This document shows positions 51,337-61,007 of a stretch of 64,000 nucleotides of DNA, in pieces. The notes below the pieces were generated by a model. The model saw nothing but the letters and a program-made list of their open reading frames with translations, was not told the origin of the DNA and did not search any database. Positions within the stretch are counted from its first letter, which is position 1. Each line of letters opens with the position of its first letter. The position numbers and the translations under genes were made by a program. The DNA is from a virus (lineage: Duplodnaviria; Caudoviricetes): positions 1,598 to 65,597 of IMG/VR virus record IMGVR_UViG_2799112420_000002; one strand, written 5' to 3'.

Positions 51337-53736
51337 ATGAGAACCGTTACGTATCGGTTGGTGGACCTGCAAAGAAGCCCCGTCATTGCGATAGGTTTTG
51401 TCGGAGAGAATGAGCATACGAGGATTCTTTTCGACTGCCTCAAAATTTTCGAGGAATATCCTGATTCTATTCCAAGCCTCACCGTAAGGCCTCCGGCTGG
51501 AGACACCTACCCGGGCATTGTGGTCCGGGACGGGGATATGGTGATTTGGGATATCATGAATTCGGACCTGATTGTTGAAGGTTATGGCGAGTTGCAGTTG
51601 ACCTTCACATTGGATAATGTTGTGGTTAAAACCTACATTGCCCGGACAAAGATTTTGCGGAGTCTTCTTCCGGTCGGAGAAATACCGACGCCGATTGCAG
51701 ACTGGATCCTCCGCGCCAACACGGTCCTTGGAGAAATTCCGGCAACAATTGAAGCGTCTGCCGACGCTGCGCTGGAAGCCGCGAAGGAAAGTGGCGATTT
51801 CGATGGCGTTGGCATTGTAAAGATTGAAAAAACCGGATCGTCCGGCTTGATTGACACATACACCATTCTGCTGACAGACGGGAATACTTATGAGTTCACC
51901 GTTACGAATGGCGAAGACGGTGAAGATGGATTCTCGCCTGTTGTGACTGTGACAGAAATAACCGGAGGGCATCGGGTTGTCATCACAGATGCCTCCGGGC
52001 CTCACCCGTTCGATGTCATGGATGGGAAAAGCGGGGATGTGATTGACGATGATGCCGGAGCCGGAGCCACAGACAAGACGTGGTCCGCAGACAAGCTTAC
52101 GAGCGAGCTTTCCAATAAAGCCGACAAAACAGATACCGTTCTGAACACCACGCTAAGCAGGGGACGGAAGGCAAATTCAACTGTCGGAACGGGATCGTTC
52201 GCGTTTGGAGATGTGGTGGCTGCATCGGGGCATTATTCGCATGCCGAAGGTGTCGGAAGTTCGAGTGATATACAATACGGTTATAACCATTTAAAAAACG
52301 ACAACAGCATTGGTCGTATTACGTTTTCTGGTTCTCCGGGAGCAAAAGGATATGGTTCTCACGCCGAAGGTTATGCCAGTTTGCCGTATGACAGTTTTGC
52401 TCATGCGGAAGGCTATGCAACTTATGCCGGTGGATATGCAAGCCATGCTGAAGGAAACAGCACTTATGCGAGCGGTGTTGATTCTCATGCGGAAGGTTAT
52501 CAGACAACGGCGAACGGCCAAAATTCTCATGCAGAAGGTTCCGGAACAATAGCAAGCGATGTTGACGCCCATGCCGAAGGGACGTCGACAGTAGCTTCTC
52601 ATCCAGGCGCTCATGCTGAAGGATATAGAACGAGAGCCCTTGATGATCATACTCATTCAGAAGGTGAAAGCACAATAGCCAATAACAATGCTGCTCATGC
52701 TGAAGGATCAGGAACTTATGCAGGAGGTTATGCCGCACATGCCGAAGGCGGAAGATTTGCATCGGGTGACACAAAAGCAATTGACGGCCAAGTTTATCGC
52801 TATGGCGCAACCGGAGGGTATTCTCATTCAGAGGGCACCGACACTATTTCATATGGCCAGAATTCACACGCAGAAGGATCCGGAACGAGCGCTATTGGCG
52901 AAGCAAGCCATACAGAAGGGGCCGGAACGAAGGCAACATCGACAAATGCCCATGCGGAAGGCGCTTCTACGACAGCGAGCGGAACACAGGCTCACGCTGA
53001 AGGGGCAGCCACAACCGCAAGCGGTGTACAATCTCATGCAGAAGGGGTCTCAACGACAGCAAGCGGAACACAGGCTCATGCAGAAGGCAGTGGAACACGA
53101 GCTACAAACGCAAGCGCACATTCCGAAGGATCTGGGACAGAAGCCTCCGGATTATACTCCCATGCCGAAGGCGGCGGAACACACGCAACCGGGGGTGGTT
53201 CCCATTCGGAGGGGGCAAGCACCCACGCGAATGGAGATTTGTCACACGCGGAGGGTAATTCAACATATGCAAACGGTACCGCATCACATGCAGAAGGTTA
53301 TAACACTGTGGCCAACGCTCAGTATTCACATGTGTCCGGGCGTGACAATATACCTGATGATTATACAAAATGGGCAGAGTGGACTGCAAACACAGCTTAT
53401 GCTGTAGGTGACAAAGTCAAGCGCACAACGACTCAGAATAGTGAAACCGTTGTCAAAGGTTATATCTGTAAAATCGCAAACTCTGATTCCTCTTTCAATT
53501 CTTCAAAATGGGATGAGGATTTCTGCATTAACTATGCGGTTATCGTTGGAAATGGTAAATACAACGATCCTTCCAACGCATATTCTCTTGACTGGGACGG
53601 CAACGGACATTTCAAGGGCGATGTGTATGTCGGATGCAATGCCGACGGCACCGGCGGGACGAAACTTAGCATTCCTGAAATTGCAACAACGTCTGAAACA
53701 CAGGCGATTATTACTGAATATGGGGTGAGCGCATGA
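51337..53736 (+). CDS. Receptor-binding fibre: BppU-like N-terminus plus YadA-head-like HAEG repeats
   Basis: About 23 copies of x-H-[AST]-E-G at ~14-aa period (nt ~52230-53340). Confidence 0.8.
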   Translation: MRTVTYRLVDLQRSPVIAIGFVGENEHTRILFDCLKIFEEYPDSIPSLTVRPPAGDTYPGIVVRDGDMVIWDIMNSDLIVEGYGELQLTFTLDNVVVKTYIARTKILRSLLPVGEIPTPIADWILRANTVLGEIPATIEASADAALEAAKESGDFDGVGIVKIEKTGSSGLIDTYTILLTDGNTYEFTVTNGEDGEDGFSPVVTVTEITGGHRVVITDASGPHPFDVMDGKSGDVIDDDAGAGATDKTWSADKLTSELSNKADKTDTVLNTTLSRGRKANSTVGTGSFAFGDVVAASGHYSHAEGVGSSSDIQYGYNHLKNDNSIGRITFSGSPGAKGYGSHAEGYASLPYDSFAHAEGYATYAGGYASHAEGNSTYASGVDSHAEGYQTTANGQNSHAEGSGTIASDVDAHAEGTSTVASHPGAHAEGYRTRALDDHTHSEGESTIANNNAAHAEGSGTYAGGYAAHAEGGRFASGDTKAIDGQVYRYGATGGYSHSEGTDTISYGQNSHAEGSGTSAIGEASHTEGAGTKATSTNAHAEGASTTASGTQAHAEGAATTASGVQSHAEGVSTTASGTQAHAEGSGTRATNASAHSEGSGTEASGLYSHAEGGGTHATGGGSHSEGASTHANGDLSHAEGNSTYANGTASHAEGYNTVANAQYSHVSGRDNIPDDYTKWAEWTANTAYAVGDKVKRTTTQNSETVVKGYICKIANSDSSFNSSKWDEDFCINYAVIVGNGKYNDPSNAYSLDWDGNGHFKGDVYVGCNADGTGGTKLSIPEIATTSETQAIITEYGVSA

Positions 53737-55457
53737 GCATACAGAACGACAAATTGATGAACCTCGCAGACGGAAAGGTTTTGTATGACGATCTGCGCGG
53801 AAGAGTGGAAACTGCGGTTTCTACGTTAAATGGAGCAATAAACGCCAACGCCGATGCCATTTCCGACCTGCAAAAAGGGAAAGCACCGATCATCCTCGAC
53901 ACGGCATCCGGTGCGATTGCGAGTATCCCTGACGGTGCTGACGGTCTGCCTGTTGAGCATCTGATTGTGGGGATTGAGCCTGTTCAGAGCGGTAGTGGCG
54001 ATCCTTCACCGGAGAACGTTCGACCCATCAGCGGATGGACGGGGTGCAACGTTACGATAGCACCTACAACCGACCCGGATGACCCAGACAAGGTTGTGAA
54101 GTCTGTTTCGTGGGCGGACGAAGCCGGAACCGTCTACGGTGGCACGTTGGATGTGACAACGGGCGTGCTGACGGTGGATAAGGTTGGCGTTGATCTTGGC
54201 AATGCAACTTGGTCTGTAAAATCAACTGGAGATACGCATAAATCTGTTTATACCGCTTTGCCGTATGCTTATGTTGGACATCCAAGGTCAGCCGATAATG
54301 TATTTACAGCAATTGCAGAAAAGTACGTTGAATCAGGCTATTATTCTGGGACAAATGACTCAAAAGTAACAAACCCGGATGGTCAAGATATTGGGATTCT
54401 GTACTACTCAAACTCTTCAAATAAAACGCCAAGAACGTTATTTTTAATCATTGACAAAAATGATTCGCCAAGTGGGATACTTGTTTATCGGATTGCAGAA
54501 CCGCAGACCTACCAACTGACCCCTGTCGAAGTATCCACCTTGCTCGGCACTAACAACCTTTACGCCGACACGGGGGATGTGGAGGTGCAGTATCGGGCAG
54601 ACACAGCGTTGTTCATTCAGAAAACAGAGGTTTCAGGCGTTTCGGATGTGCAGGTCAACGGCACGAGCGTAGTCACGGGCGGCGTGGCGAATGTGCCGAT
54701 GGCGGACGCTTCAAATTATGGTGTTGTCAAGATCAAAAATTCTAACGGGGTTATGGTTCATCCTGATAATTGCATCGGAATAAGCAGAGCATCAAACAAT
54801 GATATAAAATCAGGAAATGCAGGATACAATCCGATAGTTCCGACAACGCAACACAGAGCAGTTTTCTATGGATTAGCAACTGCTTCCGGTGATACCACCC
54901 AGAGTAGTTCTTCCAACGCTGTGGGGGTTTACACGCCAGAAGCTTTAAAGTCAATTCGGAAGATGCTGGGCTTGGAGCAGGATTGGGAACTGATTGCGGA
55001 TGTAACTACTACGGAAGATTTGGCAGAAGTATCTGTCAGCACAGATTTGAATGGGCAACCGTTTGAATTGAGCGAGATGTCTACAAGGGTAAGTTTGCCT
55101 CCTACAACGACAGGAACAAAGGATTTTGTTAAAGGGTCAACAATATATAAAACAAAAGCAGGAGTATTAATTACAACCGGGTCCCTTCCATCATTATCGT
55201 ATGCGTCAGCAACGAGTGTTGCATATTTTCAATACGATCACAAAATAATTGATTACTTTATTAATATGTATGCAAGATCCGGCTCAAGTTACAACAATAC
55301 TCAAAATGCCCAAAACTGTTGTTTCCCAGATATGGGAACTAACCAGAGTAGTGCAGTTGCATCATTAAATGGCATAACTTTGAAGCAATATAATGCAACA
55401 TCTACATTAATACCATCCGGGACAAGAATTCAAATCTACGGCAGACGGATCATTTAA
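53733..55457 (+). CDS. Tail fibre / minor structural protein
   Basis: QSGSGDPSPENVRPISGW and VSDVQVNGTSVV.GGVANVP motifs typical of fibre genes. Confidence 0.65.
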   Translation: MSIQNDKLMNLADGKVLYDDLRGRVETAVSTLNGAINANADAISDLQKGKAPIILDTASGAIASIPDGADGLPVEHLIVGIEPVQSGSGDPSPENVRPISGWTGCNVTIAPTTDPDDPDKVVKSVSWADEAGTVYGGTLDVTTGVLTVDKVGVDLGNATWSVKSTGDTHKSVYTALPYAYVGHPRSADNVFTAIAEKYVESGYYSGTNDSKVTNPDGQDIGILYYSNSSNKTPRTLFLIIDKNDSPSGILVYRIAEPQTYQLTPVEVSTLLGTNNLYADTGDVEVQYRADTALFIQKTEVSGVSDVQVNGTSVVTGGVANVPMADASNYGVVKIKNSNGVMVHPDNCIGISRASNNDIKSGNAGYNPIVPTTQHRAVFYGLATASGDTTQSSSSNAVGVYTPEALKSIRKMLGLEQDWELIADVTTTEDLAEVSVSTDLNGQPFELSEMSTRVSLPPTTTGTKDFVKGSTIYKTKAGVLITTGSLPSLSYASATSVAYFQYDHKIIDYFINMYARSGSSYNNTQNAQNCCFPDMGTNQSSAVASLNGITLKQYNATSTLIPSGTRIQIYGRRII

Positions 55458-55477
55458 TGAAAGCGAGGTAAACAACC

Positions 55478-55798
55478 ATGAGAAACATTTTCATCGTAGA
55501 CGCAATCATCGTAGACTCTAACGGCACCATGAACCATCTTTCCGGCTATCCAAAGCCTTTTGACAGCAACTCCTATGACGGAGATGTTGCCAAAGCACGG
55601 AAACGGGCAGACGGTGACTTCAGCGAGGTATACGGAGCCATGTGTAAACGTGATGACCGTCAGATTCAGACCGTCACGCTGACGAACATTTTCGGCGAAT
55701 TGCTCGACCGGAAGAGCATGGGCAATTTCCCGGAACCTGCTCCGACTCCTACGCCGGACGAGAACGAAACGCCGGAAGAACCGTCTGAAGGAGAGTAA
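55478..55798 (+). CDS. Hypothetical protein (possible fibre chaperone)
   Basis: Follows the fibre genes; acidic Pro-rich tail. Confidence 0.55.
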   Translation: MRNIFIVDAIIVDSNGTMNHLSGYPKPFDSNSYDGDVAKARKRADGDFSEVYGAMCKRDDRQIQTVTLTNIFGELLDRKSMGNFPEPAPTPTPDENETPEEPSEGE

Positions 55799-55827
55799 GG
55801 TTCACGTTTAAAGTGACCAATAAACGC

Positions 55828-55859
55828 CAACCTGGTCCCCAAAGACCAGGTTGATTTTT
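55828..55859 (+). terminator. Terminator before the lysis cassette
   Basis: CAACCTGGTC/GACCAGGTTG followed by ATTTTT. Confidence 0.65.
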
Positions 55860-55891
55860 GGGTATAAATAACAGAAAGGGAGTGTTTTTTT

Positions 55892-56341
55892 ATGGAAAAA
55901 ATAGGCGAATGGCTCGGCGGTAACTGGGGCTGGGTCATCGCGGTGTTCTGTGTGTTTTTCGAGGTTGTGCCAATTAAGGTCCATCCGATCAGCTGGGCCC
56001 TCGGATGGTTAGGGAAAAAGCTGACAGGAGACATTCGAAAGGATATAGCAGACCTCCGGAAAGACGTTGACGAGCAGCGGATGTCAAATATCAGGAGCTT
56101 AGTCCTCGACTTTTCCAATTCTTGCTTAAACGGCAAACGACACACGAAAGAAGAGTTTGACCACATCATTGAGGAAAACAAAACATACGAGGAACTTGTA
56201 AAAAAGTACGAGATCCAAAATGAGGTCTATAAGGAAGCATACGCATACATAAAACGCATATACAGAAAGCGCCTGGATAAAAGAGATTTTCTGTCAACGC
56301 CGACCATCGAGATGGACGTTGACGATATAGACGTCGAATGA
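55892..56341 (+). CDS. Holin-like membrane protein
   Basis: N-terminal TM, coiled coil, HTKEEFDHI motif; first gene of the lysis cassette. Confidence 0.55.
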   Translation: MEKIGEWLGGNWGWVIAVFCVFFEVVPIKVHPISWALGWLGKKLTGDIRKDIADLRKDVDEQRMSNIRSLVLDFSNSCLNGKRHTKEEFDHIIEENKTYEELVKKYEIQNEVYKEAYAYIKRIYRKRLDKRDFLSTPTIEMDVDDIDVE

Positions 56342-56350
56342 GGTGATTGC

Positions 56351-56659
56351 ATGCCCGGGAGGAAAGTAGATCCACGGGAACAGTTTTCGAAGCGCCTTGC
56401 CGGTCGAGCGGAATGGTTCTGGTTTCTGTATATGATCCTCCTGGTAGCAGCCATCGTAATCACGCCAGACTCAGCGCTTCCGGCTGTCTATCTGGGGATC
56501 ATGGTAACCGGGGTAATGATCATTTCCGTCCTGGCGTACACAAAGAACTCCATCGACGAGAAATGGTTCTTCTGGGCCGCGGAAATCGCAAAGGCTTTGA
56601 ACAGCAAAAAGGACAAAGATATCTCTGAAACCGACGAGGGCGAGGGAGGTAATGGCTGA
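56351..56659 (+). CDS. Two-TM membrane protein (holin/antiholin candidate)
   Basis: Two hydrophobic segments; directly before the endolysin. Confidence 0.6.
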   Translation: MPGRKVDPREQFSKRLAGRAEWFWFLYMILLVAAIVITPDSALPAVYLGIMVTGVMIISVLAYTKNSIDEKWFFWAAEIAKALNSKKDKDISETDEGEGGNG

Positions 56660-57600
56660 TGCTCAGCATTCCAAAACTTTCGGAATCCGCAAGAGAGTGC
56701 CTGGGTTGGCCGTATGTCAGCCCGGGGACCAATGATCGGAACGGCATTGATTGTTCCGGCCTGTACGTGAAAATGTACCGCGATCAGGGCGCGAGCATCT
56801 ATCACGGTAGCAATACCATCTATCATGAATACTGCTCTGAGACCGGCATGCTGACCAGCGAAAAACAGTTGCAGACAGGCATGGCGGTGTTCAAGCGGAA
56901 AGACTGGACGGATGCCGACAAGGGCAACAAATGGTACGGGAAACAGCCTGGGAACCTGTCTCACGTCGGTTATGTGCTCAGCACGAACCCGCTGCAGATT
57001 ATTCATGCAAGCAGCGCGGCCGGATGCGTGACGATCGACACAAAGATCGGTAAATGGGCGTGCTGGGGCAAACTGAAAGATGTGGACTATGGTTATGATC
57101 CAGGTCCTTCTCCGGATCCAGGTCCATCTCCCGCACCGGAGCCCAGTAAAATCCTGTACACATACGCGGAAAACGGGAAACCGATCAATATGCGGGCAAA
57201 GCCAAACCTCAAGGCTGCGCTTGTGGACAGGGTTCCCGTCGGTCAGGCTGTTACCTGGCTGAAGGAAGACGGATCTGGATGGGCATACATAAAATGGTAT
57301 AGCCGGTACGGGTGGATGCTGGATTGTTACCTGGTAGAGGAAACACCCGGGCCTGTTGAACCGGATCCAGTGCCAGATCCTGTTCCGGGGGCTCCTTCCG
57401 GAGAAATCATGACCGTATGGGCAGAGAACGGCATGCCGGTGAAAATCCGGATGAGGCCGTCGACCAGCTGTAATGTCTGGGAGCGGTTGCCGGTTGGAAC
57501 AAAAGTCGAGCTGATCGAATACGGAACTGACTGGTGCAAAATCACCTATGGGAAATACAGGGGTTGGTACATGATGACCAAATTCCTGAGTCACGGATAA
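56659..57600 (+). CDS. Endolysin: NlpC/P60 peptidase plus two SH3b-like domains
   Basis: GIDCSG, SHVG and IIHAS catalytic motifs; Pro-rich linkers; two N.R.P...W..I...GW/Y.M repeats. Confidence 0.9.
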   Translation: MLSIPKLSESARECLGWPYVSPGTNDRNGIDCSGLYVKMYRDQGASIYHGSNTIYHEYCSETGMLTSEKQLQTGMAVFKRKDWTDADKGNKWYGKQPGNLSHVGYVLSTNPLQIIHASSAAGCVTIDTKIGKWACWGKLKDVDYGYDPGPSPDPGPSPAPEPSKILYTYAENGKPINMRAKPNLKAALVDRVPVGQAVTWLKEDGSGWAYIKWYSRYGWMLDCYLVEETPGPVEPDPVPDPVPGAPSGEIMTVWAENGMPVKIRMRPSTSCNVWERLPVGTKVELIEYGTDWCKITYGKYRGWYMMTKFLSHG

Positions 57601-57620
57601 AGATGAAAGGAGATTTCCAA

Positions 57621-57953
57621 ATGAACATTGATCTTACTCAAATCATCCTGGCCGTCATTGCTCTGATTAGCGCGATTATCACCGGATTTGTGATCCCGCT
57701 GATTAAAAGCAAGCTGAACACGCAGCAGCTGGATGCGCTGAAAGCTGCGGCTAAAATCGCTGTGTACGCTGCGGAACAGATCCATGTTCCGGAAGATTGG
57801 GCGAAGAAAAAGGAAGACGCCCGGAAGTATCTCGCGGAGCTCGGATACGATGTTGACTCCGTTGCTGTGGACGCTGCGATCGAGGCAGCTGTGAAAGAGC
57901 TGAAGATTATCCTGGCCGGAAAGAACCAGAGCCAACCTCCCTTAGCAAGCTGA
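57621..57953 (+). CDS. Phage holin, LL-H family-like
   Basis: N-terminal TM, IPLIKSK..AAKIAVYAAEQI..IEAAV. Confidence 0.8.
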   Translation: MNIDLTQIILAVIALISAIITGFVIPLIKSKLNTQQLDALKAAAKIAVYAAEQIHVPEDWAKKKEDARKYLAELGYDVDSVAVDAAIEAAVKELKIILAGKNQSQPPLAS

Positions 57954-57970
57954 TATAATAGGAAAAGACC

Positions 57971-58002
57971 GCCTCCGGAAAAACCGGAGGCTTTTTCTTT
58001 TT
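57971..58002 (+). terminator. Terminator ending the late operon
   Basis: GCCTCCGG-aaaaa-CCGGAGGC followed by TTTTTCTTTTT. Confidence 0.85.
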
Positions 58003-58006
58003 ATGC

Positions 58007-58035
58007 TTGACATAAAACTATGCGCATAGTATAAT
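58007..58035 (+). promoter_or_regulatory. Consensus promoter with a 14-bp palindromic operator
   Basis: TTGACA, 17-bp spacer, TATAAT; ACTATGCGCATAGT at 58017-58030. Confidence 0.88.
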
Positions 58036-58075
58036 GATCATGGCCCCCTGAGAGGGGCTGGAAGGAGGCTCGGAA

Positions 58076-58255
58076 ATGAGGGAAACGGCAAGGGACCGGA
58101 TCGTTCGCCTGATTAAGATCGCGATCGAGAAAGGCAACTACGACATCATTCGCCGGGCGCTTGACATCGCCTACGACAGCGGAATTGAGTGCGCGATTGA
58201 TGACGCGTGGATCGCAGTCGAGGACGAAGTTTTCTATTTCAACGGAGCATTCTGA
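58076..58255 (+). CDS. Small hypothetical protein (59 aa)
   Basis: AAGGAGG RBS after the promoter and a 5' hairpin. Confidence 0.6.
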   Translation: MRETARDRIVRLIKIAIEKGNYDIIRRALDIAYDSGIECAIDDAWIAVEDEVFYFNGAF

Positions 58256-58271
58256 GAGGAGGACACGCAAA

Positions 58272-58724
58272 ATGATGATGGACAAGAACGGCCGCGAGAT
58301 CCGGACGGGCGATGTGGTGCGCATCTCCGGAGCTTACTTCAAGAGCGACAACGGGCTCTACTTCGTTTCTCATTCTCCGGGAGATCCGTCATGGAACGGA
58401 AATGATTATTCGCTCCGCAAGCTTTGCAAGGACGGACGCGTCAGTGTTACGAAGTACAACGTTTGCTTCTGGCCCATTGTCAGCTACGTCAGCGACCGGG
58501 AGAAGTCAGCGCGGGCACGCGACTGGAACCGGGAGCATGCGGAGATCGAGGTCCTCGACGGGATCAACCGGGATGGGATCCGCGAGTACTTCGAGACCGA
58601 GGCGAATAACCTGCTGCCGTATATGGAAAGGGCAAAATGGGACTGGGGAAAGCACAGCCACTCCTACGTGACCAATCTCAAGATTCACGACCTGTACATG
58701 AAGGTGGCCGCGTCCTGCGGCTGA
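58272..58724 (+). CDS. Hypothetical protein
   Basis: GAGGAGG RBS; DKNGREIRTGDVVRI N-terminus. Confidence 0.65.
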   Translation: MMMDKNGREIRTGDVVRISGAYFKSDNGLYFVSHSPGDPSWNGNDYSLRKLCKDGRVSVTKYNVCFWPIVSYVSDREKSARARDWNREHAEIEVLDGINRDGIREYFETEANNLLPYMERAKWDWGKHSHSYVTNLKIHDLYMKVAASCG

Positions 58725-58737
58725 GAGGAGGATAAAA

Positions 58738-58932
58738 ATGGGATTCAAAGATCTTCACACCGTCCATTCCAGCCGGTTTCATGTGGACATTGACTACTAC
58801 ACCGATGATCTGAGCAGCTATGACGATGGGCACATCAAAATCGCCTGGGGCTGCAGCGCCGATGACGGCCGCGGATACTACATCACATTTGCCGATGGCG
58901 TCTTCGATGACAGCGAGACAGAGGTTGCCTGA
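58738..58932 (+). CDS. Small acidic hypothetical protein
   Basis: GAGGAGG RBS. Confidence 0.55.
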   Translation: MGFKDLHTVHSSRFHVDIDYYTDDLSSYDDGHIKIAWGCSADDGRGYYITFADGVFDDSETEVA

Positions 58933-58945
58933 GAGGAGGATTGCA

Positions 58946-60571
58946 ATGACCGATCTGATGAATATCGTAGAGAGCAAAGAGGCCGGGAGCGGATTCTATC
59001 CGACTCCCGCGCATCTTGTCTGGAAGATGATCAAGAAGATCAATTTCAACTATGTAGACAGCATGCTGGAGCCCAGCGCCGGGAAAGGCGATCTTGCGCT
59101 GCCGGTGATCCAGGCATGGAGGAAATCCGTCAATGACTGGGATAACAGGAAGAATCCGGACATGGACTGCATCGAGATTGATCCGAACCTGCGAGCAATC
59201 CTGAAGGACAAAGGGCTGCGCGTGGTCCATGATGATTTTCTGACTTATCAGACCATGAAACGCTATTCGCTGATCGTCATGAACCCTCCGTTCGAGGATG
59301 CTGCCAGGCACATTCTGAAGGCCATTTCGCTGCTGAAGCCGGAAGGACAGCTGATTGCTCTTTGCAACGCGGAAACGCTGCGGAATCCCTGCACGAACGT
59401 CCGCAGCATGCTTGCTGGCATGCTGAACGGCGCGAGCGTTGATTATCTGGAAGGCGAGTTCCTGGACGCTGAGAGGAAAACGGATGTCTGCACGGCGCTG
59501 ATCTCCTACAAGGCACCTGCGGCAGATCTGAAGGACAGCCTGGTCCTGGAAAACCTCCGGCCCGGACACAAGTACGTTGACATGACTCCGGACGAATCCG
59601 CGGCGCTTACAAAAGCTGATTTTGTGGAGGCGATCATTGACCGGTATAATTACGAGGTCGAGAGCGGCATCCGGCTGATCCGGGAGTACAGAGCCGTCTC
59701 CCACATGATCAATGATACAAAAGGGAACCGCTCCGCGTCAATGAGTCTTACGATGGGCCACAACGAAGCGGCCAGCGAGAACGCCTGGGTAAAGGCCGTC
59801 CGGCACAAGTACTGGTCCATGCTGTTTGAGTCTCCGCAGTTCGTTGCGCAGCTCACCACCAACCTGCAGCAGAATCTTTACGCCAGGGTGACAGAGCTGG
59901 AGGACTACGAGTTTTCCTATTACAATATCAAGGAAATCATGATCCAGATGAACGCGCATGTTTCCGAGGGCGTGGAGAGCACCATCATGGAGTTGTTTGA
60001 CAACTGGACCCGGAAGTGGCACTGGGACGAAAACGCGCAGAACCGGCACTACTTCAACGGATGGAGGACGAATGACGCCTTTGCGGTGAACAAGAAGGTG
60101 ATCATCCCGCTCCGCGCCTATGATTACTGGGGATCGAAAATCTCTCCGGAGTTCCGGGCCTATAACGTCCGGGAGAAGCTGCAGGACATTGAGAAAGTCT
60201 TTAACTACCTTGACGGCGGCAGGACACCGGAAAAGGATCTGAGATCGATCCTGGAAGAGGTCCAGAACACCGGAAACGCTTCGAAGGTTGACAGCAAGTA
60301 CTTTTACCTGACATTCTATAAGAAGGGCACCTGCCACGTCGAATTCAAGAACATGGATCTGCTGGCGAAGTTCAACATCTTTGCAGCCAGGGGAAAGAAC
60401 TGGCTCCCGCCGTCCTTCGGCAAAAAGAAGTACCAGGATCTGAGCCAGGAAGAAAAGCAGACCGTTGATTCCTTCATGGGCGACAAGACCGGGAAGAAGT
60501 ACGACGCCGTGTGTGACCATGCGGATTATTTCCTCCAGGCCGGATCTGACACGCTGAACCTGACAGCTTGA
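58946..60571 (+). CDS. SAM-dependent N6-adenine DNA methyltransferase-like protein with a DUF4942-like C-terminus
   Basis: GFYPTP, MLEPSAGKG, CIEID, DFL, IVMNPPF; C-terminal FYKKGTCHVEF. Confidence 0.85.
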   Translation: MTDLMNIVESKEAGSGFYPTPAHLVWKMIKKINFNYVDSMLEPSAGKGDLALPVIQAWRKSVNDWDNRKNPDMDCIEIDPNLRAILKDKGLRVVHDDFLTYQTMKRYSLIVMNPPFEDAARHILKAISLLKPEGQLIALCNAETLRNPCTNVRSMLAGMLNGASVDYLEGEFLDAERKTDVCTALISYKAPAADLKDSLVLENLRPGHKYVDMTPDESAALTKADFVEAIIDRYNYEVESGIRLIREYRAVSHMINDTKGNRSASMSLTMGHNEAASENAWVKAVRHKYWSMLFESPQFVAQLTTNLQQNLYARVTELEDYEFSYYNIKEIMIQMNAHVSEGVESTIMELFDNWTRKWHWDENAQNRHYFNGWRTNDAFAVNKKVIIPLRAYDYWGSKISPEFRAYNVREKLQDIEKVFNYLDGGRTPEKDLRSILEEVQNTGNASKVDSKYFYLTFYKKGTCHVEFKNMDLLAKFNIFAARGKNWLPPSFGKKKYQDLSQEEKQTVDSFMGDKTGKKYDAVCDHADYFLQAGSDTLNLTA

Positions 60572-60596
60572 CAATAGTCCGGTAACGGGATACAAT
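60568..60596 (+). promoter_or_regulatory. Promoter overlapping the MTase stop codon
   Basis: TTGACA, 17-bp spacer, TACAAT; spacer ATAGTCCGGTAACGGGA. Confidence 0.8.
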
Positions 60597-60610
60597 CTCT
60601 CAAAAGGAGG

Positions 60611-60847
60611 TTGTATCCCGTGGCTCTTATATCAATTAAGGAATACGCCGAGCGGAACGGCATGCAGCATGACAACGTGCGACACAAATGCCTGAGGGGC
60701 TGCTATAAGACCGCACAGAAGATTGGCCGGGACTGGCTGATCGACGAGGACGAAAAGGATCTGGATCACAGGATCCGGTCCGGCGTTTATGTTGGGAAGG
60801 CGAGGAGGCGGTCCGATGAAGGACAAAGCGGACAAAAAGGCGTATGA
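60611..60847 (+). CDS. Small HTH DNA-binding protein
   Basis: ISIKEYAERNG...NVRHKC.RG..TAQKIGRDWLID. Start may be GTG at 60620. Confidence 0.7.
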   Translation: MYPVALISIKEYAERNGMQHDNVRHKCLRGCYKTAQKIGRDWLIDEDEKDLDHRIRSGVYVGKARRRSDEGQSGQKGV

Positions 60848-61007
60848 TATTCAATATGCCAAAGACAATGTTGTCAGGAAGTTCATTCCATTTAATAAGC
60901 AGGTTCCTGAAGACGCCAGGATGCTGGAGCACCTGAACAAGAAAAGCAATGTGACGCGGTACATAAAAGACCTGATTTCAGAGGACATGACAAAGACGGG
61001 GAAATAA
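60816..61007 (+). CDS. Ribbon-helix-helix-like regulator
   Basis: YDIQYAK....IPFN...D..MLEHL....NVTRYIKDLI. Confidence 0.6.
   Translation: MKDKADKKAYDIQYAKDNVVRKFIPFNKQVPEDARMLEHLNKKSNVTRYIKDLISEDMTKTGK

Noticed and set aside
49203-55457. Diversity-generating retroelement or invertible tail-fibre cassette
   Set aside because: No reverse transcriptase, no template/variable repeat pair differing at adenines, and no invertase with inverted repeats near the fibre genes.
58946-60571. Complete restriction-modification system
   Set aside because: An MTase-like gene is present, but no neighbouring ORF shows endonuclease or helicase motifs.
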